Of a stretch of 64,000 nt of DNA, positions 60,048 through 64,000 are shown piece by piece. This DNA is from Alphaproteobacteria bacterium. Lineage in GTDB: Bacteria; Pseudomonadota; Alphaproteobacteria; JANSWW01. The DNA is taken from positions 414,300-478,299 of the forward strand of contig JANSWW010000001.1 of assembly GCA_024743275.1 (NCBI GenBank), read 5' to 3'. Below the pieces are notes generated by a model. That model saw nothing but the letters and a program-made list of their open reading frames with translations. It searched no databases and was not told where the DNA came from. The first letter of the stretch is position 1; each line of letters opens with the position of its first letter. Both the position numbers and the translations under genes were made by a program.

Positions 60048-61193
60048 CTAGACCTTCTCCAGGGCGATATACTGCTGCCCCCTGCCGAACCACTCCCGGA
60101 ACCCGTCGTCCAAAGCCCGGAAATCCGGATTGGACGGGTTGCTGAAACACCGCCGATAGGCCTTGATCGCTTTGGAGGTCTGCGGGAACTCCATCTCGAT
60201 CAGGGCATTGATCCGCCCGGCGAGGTCGCAGACTTTCCGGATACCCTGATCGCGATTTCCATCAACCGACCAGGCGTCGAAATGAGCGTGAAACACGTCC
60301 TCGGCCAACGCTTCGATCTCATCGGTGACGGCACCGATGCGTGGGGAGAACGCGTCGATCCTGTAGTCGATGAGATGGGGCTGCAGCAAGGCTAGCGCCG
60401 CGGCCGCCCGGTCGTTCCGAGCCTCCGAAGCCCGGTCGATCTGCTTGTACCAGCGCCAGTCCACCGTCATCGACGGGCTGGTGCCGAGCACAACGGCATC
60501 CTCCCCGACGGCCTTCAGGTGATTTTGGAGCGGAAACACCATGTTCCGCGGAAAGGGAAACTGGATATTGTCCAGCACCCAATCCGCCGGAAGGCGTTTC
60601 ATCCCCGGCAAACCCGCGAGGTCAGGCGCGAAGAAACGGGCAAGCTTGGCGGTCTGCTCCTCGAACGGATCGCCTGTCCCGCACTGCCAAAAACGCATGG
60701 CCCGTCTGAGAATCTCCGCCAACATGCTGGTGTAGCAGGTCGCGGTCATCACAACGACACCGCCCGGTGTCGCGAAATCGAGGACCTTGCGCACCGAGCG
60801 GGCCGGATCGTCCTGGCCCGGAATAACGCCCTCGCAGATCACGATGTCGAAGGCGCCGCTCAGCCCATCGACCGCGTTGAAGTCCGATTCGACGATTTCG
60901 ACCGGTACATCGCCGTAGAGTCCCTGGGCGTTCTTATCCCGAACGGTGGCGACGGACGCCGCGTTGCCTTCGATGAAGGTGACCTTGGAAACGCCGAGAT
61001 AGGGATACACCAGACCGTTATCGCCCGTTCCCGGACCGATCTCGAGAACCGATGCCCCGCGAAAGGCGAGCCGGTTGACCCCCAGCGTCCGATAGAGCCA
61101 GCGGCGACGGGCGAGATGATCGCCGAAATCGGTGATGTCCTGATGGACCGGAATGATCTGATGGCTCCCGTAAAACCGCAGAAACTCGGACAT
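60048..61193 (-). CDS. class I SAM-dependent methyltransferase with a C-terminal domain of unknown function
   Basis: SAM-binding motif I VLEIGPGTGDNG. 381 aa. Confidence 0.7.
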   Translation of the reverse strand: MSEFLRFYGSHQIIPVHQDITDFGDHLARRRWLYRTLGVNRLAFRGASVLEIGPGTGDNGLVYPYLGVSKVTFIEGNAASVATVRDKNAQGLYGDVPVEIVESDFNAVDGLSGAFDIVICEGVIPGQDDPARSVRKVLDFATPGGVVVMTATCYTSMLAEILRRAMRFWQCGTGDPFEEQTAKLARFFAPDLAGLPGMKRLPADWVLDNIQFPFPRNMVFPLQNHLKAVGEDAVVLGTSPSMTVDWRWYKQIDRASEARNDRAAAALALLQPHLIDYRIDAFSPRIGAVTDEIEALAEDVFHAHFDAWSVDGNRDQGIRKVCDLAGRINALIEMEFPQTSKAIKAYRRCFSNPSNPDFRALDDGFREWFGRGQQYIALEKV

Positions 61194-61391
61194 CTCGATT
61201 CGACCTCTTATCCCGGCATCCCGACTTCTCTCAGGCCGGTTCCATGCCCGGCTTTTCTTGCAATGGTCACGTTACCGCAGGTCCGCCGAATCGGTCGGTG
61301 GTTTTTGGGATGCAGACAGCGACCATCACCATTGTACAAACGGCTTGTAAGTGCCGGAGGCAATCGTCGCAGGTTTTCTGGTGGGAAAAAA

Positions 61392-61468
61392 TGGCGGGAG
61401 TGACGGGGCTCGAACCCGCGACCTCTGGCGTGACAGGCCAGCGCTCTAACCAACTGAGCTACACCCCC
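61392..61468 (-). tRNA. tRNA-Asp (anticodon GTC)
   Basis: The reverse complement folds as a canonical cloverleaf. The acceptor stem is GGGGGTG/CACTCCC, the D-arm GCTC-AGTTGGTT-AGAGC, the anticodon stem CTGGC/GCCAG with loop CTGTCAC, the T-arm GCGGG-TTCGAGC-CCCGT, the discriminator G, and an encoded CCA. Confidence 0.9.
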
Positions 61469-61601
61469 GTTTCACGTCCGGCGATCCGCCATCGGGGGCG
61501 GTCCAGCGCGTCGGGAAGCAGGGTTTTAGGAGGAAGCCTCACCTCTGTCAAGCAAGGGAAATAGGTTTTGGACAGAAAAATGAAAGCGGCCTGTCCGCAC
61601 C

Positions 61602-62330
61602 CTATAACCGATAGCCCGAGGCCACGGCGTCCTCATGGAACATCGCCACGGTATCACGCGAGAACTCCTCGAGATCCCTCCCCAGGCTGGTCAGCTTTCC
61701 GCGCAGATCGTCGGTCAGGGTGATGATGTCGACGCCGGCCTCCGCGGCCTGAACCACATTCAGAACTTCTCGCGGGCTGGCCCAGAGCAGACGCACATCC
61801 GGATGGTCGGCGAACATATCTTTGGCCGCGCGCATGATCGGGACCGGGTCCATTCCGGTATCGGCGATACGCCCCGCGAAGACGGAAACGATGGCGGTGG
61901 CGTCCCTGGGAATGGTCCGGTGAAGCTGATCGAGCTGGGTCGGCGAGAAGACCGCGGTGGTGTTCACCTTGACGCCTGCCCGGCACAACGTCTCGATGAG
62001 CCCGACGGCACTCTCCCGCCGCGTCGACATGATCGGGATCTTGACGAAGACATGCTCGGCCCAGGAGGCGATTCGCCGGGCCTGCCTTTCCATTTCCGCG
62101 AACTCGTCGGAGATCACCTCGAAGCTCACCGGCTTGTCCGGAACGCGGGCGAGGACCGCTTTGGCGAAGTCCTCATAGTCGTCGATACCCGCTTTGCGCA
62201 TCAGCGTAGGATTGGTGGTGAACCCCCGGATCAACGGATTCCCGGCATCGCGCTCGATCGAACGCAGATCGGCGCCGTCCGCGAAAATGTCGATCCGTTG
62301 CGCGACGGTCTCGGCCGTCCAGGTGGTCAT
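61602..62330 (-). CDS. transaldolase-family protein (Fsa/TalC-like short form)
   Basis: 242 aa with the GFTTNPTL transaldolase signature. Confidence 0.8.
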   Translation of the reverse strand: MTTWTAETVAQRIDIFADGADLRSIERDAGNPLIRGFTTNPTLMRKAGIDDYEDFAKAVLARVPDKPVSFEVISDEFAEMERQARRIASWAEHVFVKIPIMSTRRESAVGLIETLCRAGVKVNTTAVFSPTQLDQLHRTIPRDATAIVSVFAGRIADTGMDPVPIMRAAKDMFADHPDVRLLWASPREVLNVVQAAEAGVDIITLTDDLRGKLTSLGRDLEEFSRDTVAMFHEDAVASGYRL

Positions 62331-62333
62331 CAG

Positions 62334-63257
62334 TCACATCTCCCGCCATTTGGAGAGCAGCGTTGCAAGAGTGAGGCCATGTTCGGCTAGCAGGGCGTCT
62401 CGGGATCCGTACCGATGGATGAACCGGTCCTGCAGGGCGGCAACACCGATCCTGGGGCGCCTGTCGAGATCGTAGGCGAGGCTTCTGATCCTCTGGCCAA
62501 GACCGCCTGTCGCGACATGCTCCTCCAGGACGATCACGCGATCATGGGCCGACAGGTGGCCGCGCAAGCCCTCATGGTCGAGGGGTTTGAGCGTGTGGAC
62601 ATTGACGACGGTCGCGGGAACGCCGGTCTGTTCGGCGATGCGGTCAGAAAGGTCCATCGCGAGAGAAAGGATGGGGCCATAGCCGAGGATAACGGTACCG
62701 GCCCCGGCGCGCAGACAGCGCACCCGGCCGGGCACGAAGGGGTCCGTTGCTTCTTGGGTCAGAATCGGCTCCCCGGCCTTGCCGAGCCGAAGATAGGTCG
62801 GCCCTTCGGCCTCGGCGGCGAGAAACTCCGCGGCGTCCCCGGTCTCGGCGGGATCGCAGGGGGCGAGCACCCGCAACCCGGGGACGGCGGACGCCACGGC
62901 GATGTCATCCTGGGCCAGATGGGTCCCCCCCAGGGTCGAATAGGCGAGCCCACCCCCGATGCCCACGACCGTGACCGGCAATCCCTGATAGGCGAGGTCG
63001 TCCCGCACCATCTCGAACGGCCGAAACAGAGCGAACGTCGCGATCGTGTAAGCGAAGGGCCGCAGCCCCCGAAGCGCCATTCCCGCCGCCATGCCGATCA
63101 TGACCTGCTCCGCCACGCCGACATTGATGAACCGGTCGGGAAAGCGTTCGGCGAACTCCGACATCGCGCCCGCCGGCGAGATGTCCGCGACGACCATGGC
63201 GATCCGTGGATCGCGGCAGGCGATGTCGTAGATCGTTTGAGCGAACCGATTACGCAT
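62334..63257 (-). CDS. transketolase, C-terminal subunit (pyrimidine-binding and C-terminal domains)
   Basis: 307 aa matching the second half of a split transketolase. Overlaps the upstream N-terminal subunit gene by 8 nt. Confidence 0.8.
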   Translation of the reverse strand: MRNRFAQTIYDIACRDPRIAMVVADISPAGAMSEFAERFPDRFINVGVAEQVMIGMAAGMALRGLRPFAYTIATFALFRPFEMVRDDLAYQGLPVTVVGIGGGLAYSTLGGTHLAQDDIAVASAVPGLRVLAPCDPAETGDAAEFLAAEAEGPTYLRLGKAGEPILTQEATDPFVPGRVRCLRAGAGTVILGYGPILSLAMDLSDRIAEQTGVPATVVNVHTLKPLDHEGLRGHLSAHDRVIVLEEHVATGGLGQRIRSLAYDLDRRPRIGVAALQDRFIHRYGSRDALLAEHGLTLATLLSKWREM

Positions 63258-64000
63258 GGCGGGACGTCACCTCGGTCAGTTCGGAGAGCGCTTGGCCATA
63301 TTCCTCGGCACTGGGTGAGCGGTAATGCCAGATCGGCTCGTTCTCCATGAAGGAGACGCCGCGACCCTTCACCGTGCGTCCGACAAGCAGAAACGGCTTT
63401 TCCATGCTCCGCCGGGTCACCGCCTCATGGATCGCCGCGGCGTCATGGCCGTCCACCTCGGCGACCTCCCACCCGAACGCCCGCCATTTGTCCGCCACTG
63501 GATAGAAGGCGGGATGCAGGGCACTGGTCCGCCCGAGCCCCTGGAAGTCGTTGAGATCGAGATAGGCGATGACACTGGAAAGACCGAGATTGGCCGCCAT
63601 CATCACCGCTTCCCAACTGGACCCCTCCTGCATTTCGCCGTCGGAGAGGAGAACGTGGACCCGAGTGCTCCGGGATAGGATACGATCCGCCTGCGCCATC
63701 CCCACCGCCATTCCGAGGCCATGGCCGAGCGAACCGGTCGCCGCCGCGATTCCCGGGACCCCGTAGTCGGGATGGGCGCCGAGCCGCCCCTCCGCCGTGC
63801 AGTACAGATCTATATCCGCGTCGGAGAGGATGCCGAGATCGTTCAGGATGAGGTACTGGACGAGACAGCCATGCCCCTTGGACATGAGAAAAACGTCGTC
63901 GTCTTCGCTGCCGCGACGGTCCATCAGGCCGTAATAGATGGTGTCGGTCAGTTCGATGCAGGAGAAGGCCGGCGCAGCATGAAGGGCGCTCACCTTCTGC
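63250..64000 (-). CDS. transketolase, N-terminal (thiamine-diphosphate-binding) subunit; 5' end lies beyond the window
   Basis: TPP-binding motif region (GHGLGMAVGMA...SDGEMQEGSSWEA). The ORF is still open at nt 64000. The GTG chosen by the ORF track is probably internal. Confidence 0.75.
   Translation of the reverse strand, partial: QKVSALHAAPAFSCIELTDTIYYGLMDRRGSEDDDVFLMSKGHGCLVQYLILNDLGILSDADIDLYCTAEGRLGAHPDYGVPGIAAATGSLGHGLGMAVGMAQADRILSRSTRVHVLLSDGEMQEGSSWEAVMMAANLGLSSVIAYLDLNDFQGLGRTSALHPAFYPVADKWRAFGWEVAEVDGHDAAAIHEAVTRRSMEKPFLLVGRTVKGRGVSFMENEPIWHYRSPSAEEYGQALSELTEVTSRHA

Noticed and set aside
61244-61564. 106-aa ORF overlapping tRNA-Asp
   Set aside because: It overlaps a well-folded tRNA gene on the opposite strand and has no RBS or homology.

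Overview
High-GC (about 65%) chromosomal window, most likely from an alphaproteobacterium (Rhodospirillales-like), and almost entirely coding. The right third (45.4-59.6 kb, minus strand) is a complete, compact 14-gene NADH:quinone oxidoreductase operon nuoA-N. Downstream of it on the same strand lie birA, coaX, RNase J, methylmalonyl-CoA epimerase, a DUF1467 gene and a P-loop kinase gene. The left two thirds are a mix of housekeeping genes (serS, parC-recO, gcdH, tRNA-Asp, transaldolase plus split transketolase at the right edge), motility/signalling genes and accessory-looking genes. The motility/signalling set is a 5'-partial HPt gene, an atypical REC response regulator, a CheZ-like phosphatase, a transmembrane GGDEF-EAL protein and motA-motB. 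The accessory set includes two MFS transporters, an amidohydrolase plus D-Ala-D-Ala dipeptidase pair, a TRAP transporter with unusually large Q and M subunits, a vapBC toxin-antitoxin pair inserted between recO and gcdH, and a 4.2-kb gene for a 1411-aa LamG/RTX-repeat protein with an AT-rich upstream region. The most unusual items are as follows. (1) A photolyase of the FeS-BCP/PhrB type is split into two translationally coupled genes in permuted order, with the FAD/Fe-S domain gene first and the alpha/beta domain gene second. (2) The orphan LamG-RTX giant protein is internally triplicated and has no secretion genes nearby. (3) A TRAP DctM carries a roughly 350-aa charged coiled-coil C-terminal extension. 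(4) Two unrelated short tandem-repeat arrays are present: 13 bp x6 between the DUF1467 and kinase genes, and 11 bp x6 between the methyltransferase gene's 3' end and the nuoA upstream region. (5) An orphan intrinsic terminator marks a candidate sRNA locus. No CRISPR array, rRNA gene or recognisable transposase/integrase was seen. Many long ORFs in the six-frame track are GC-driven antisense shadows and were rejected.
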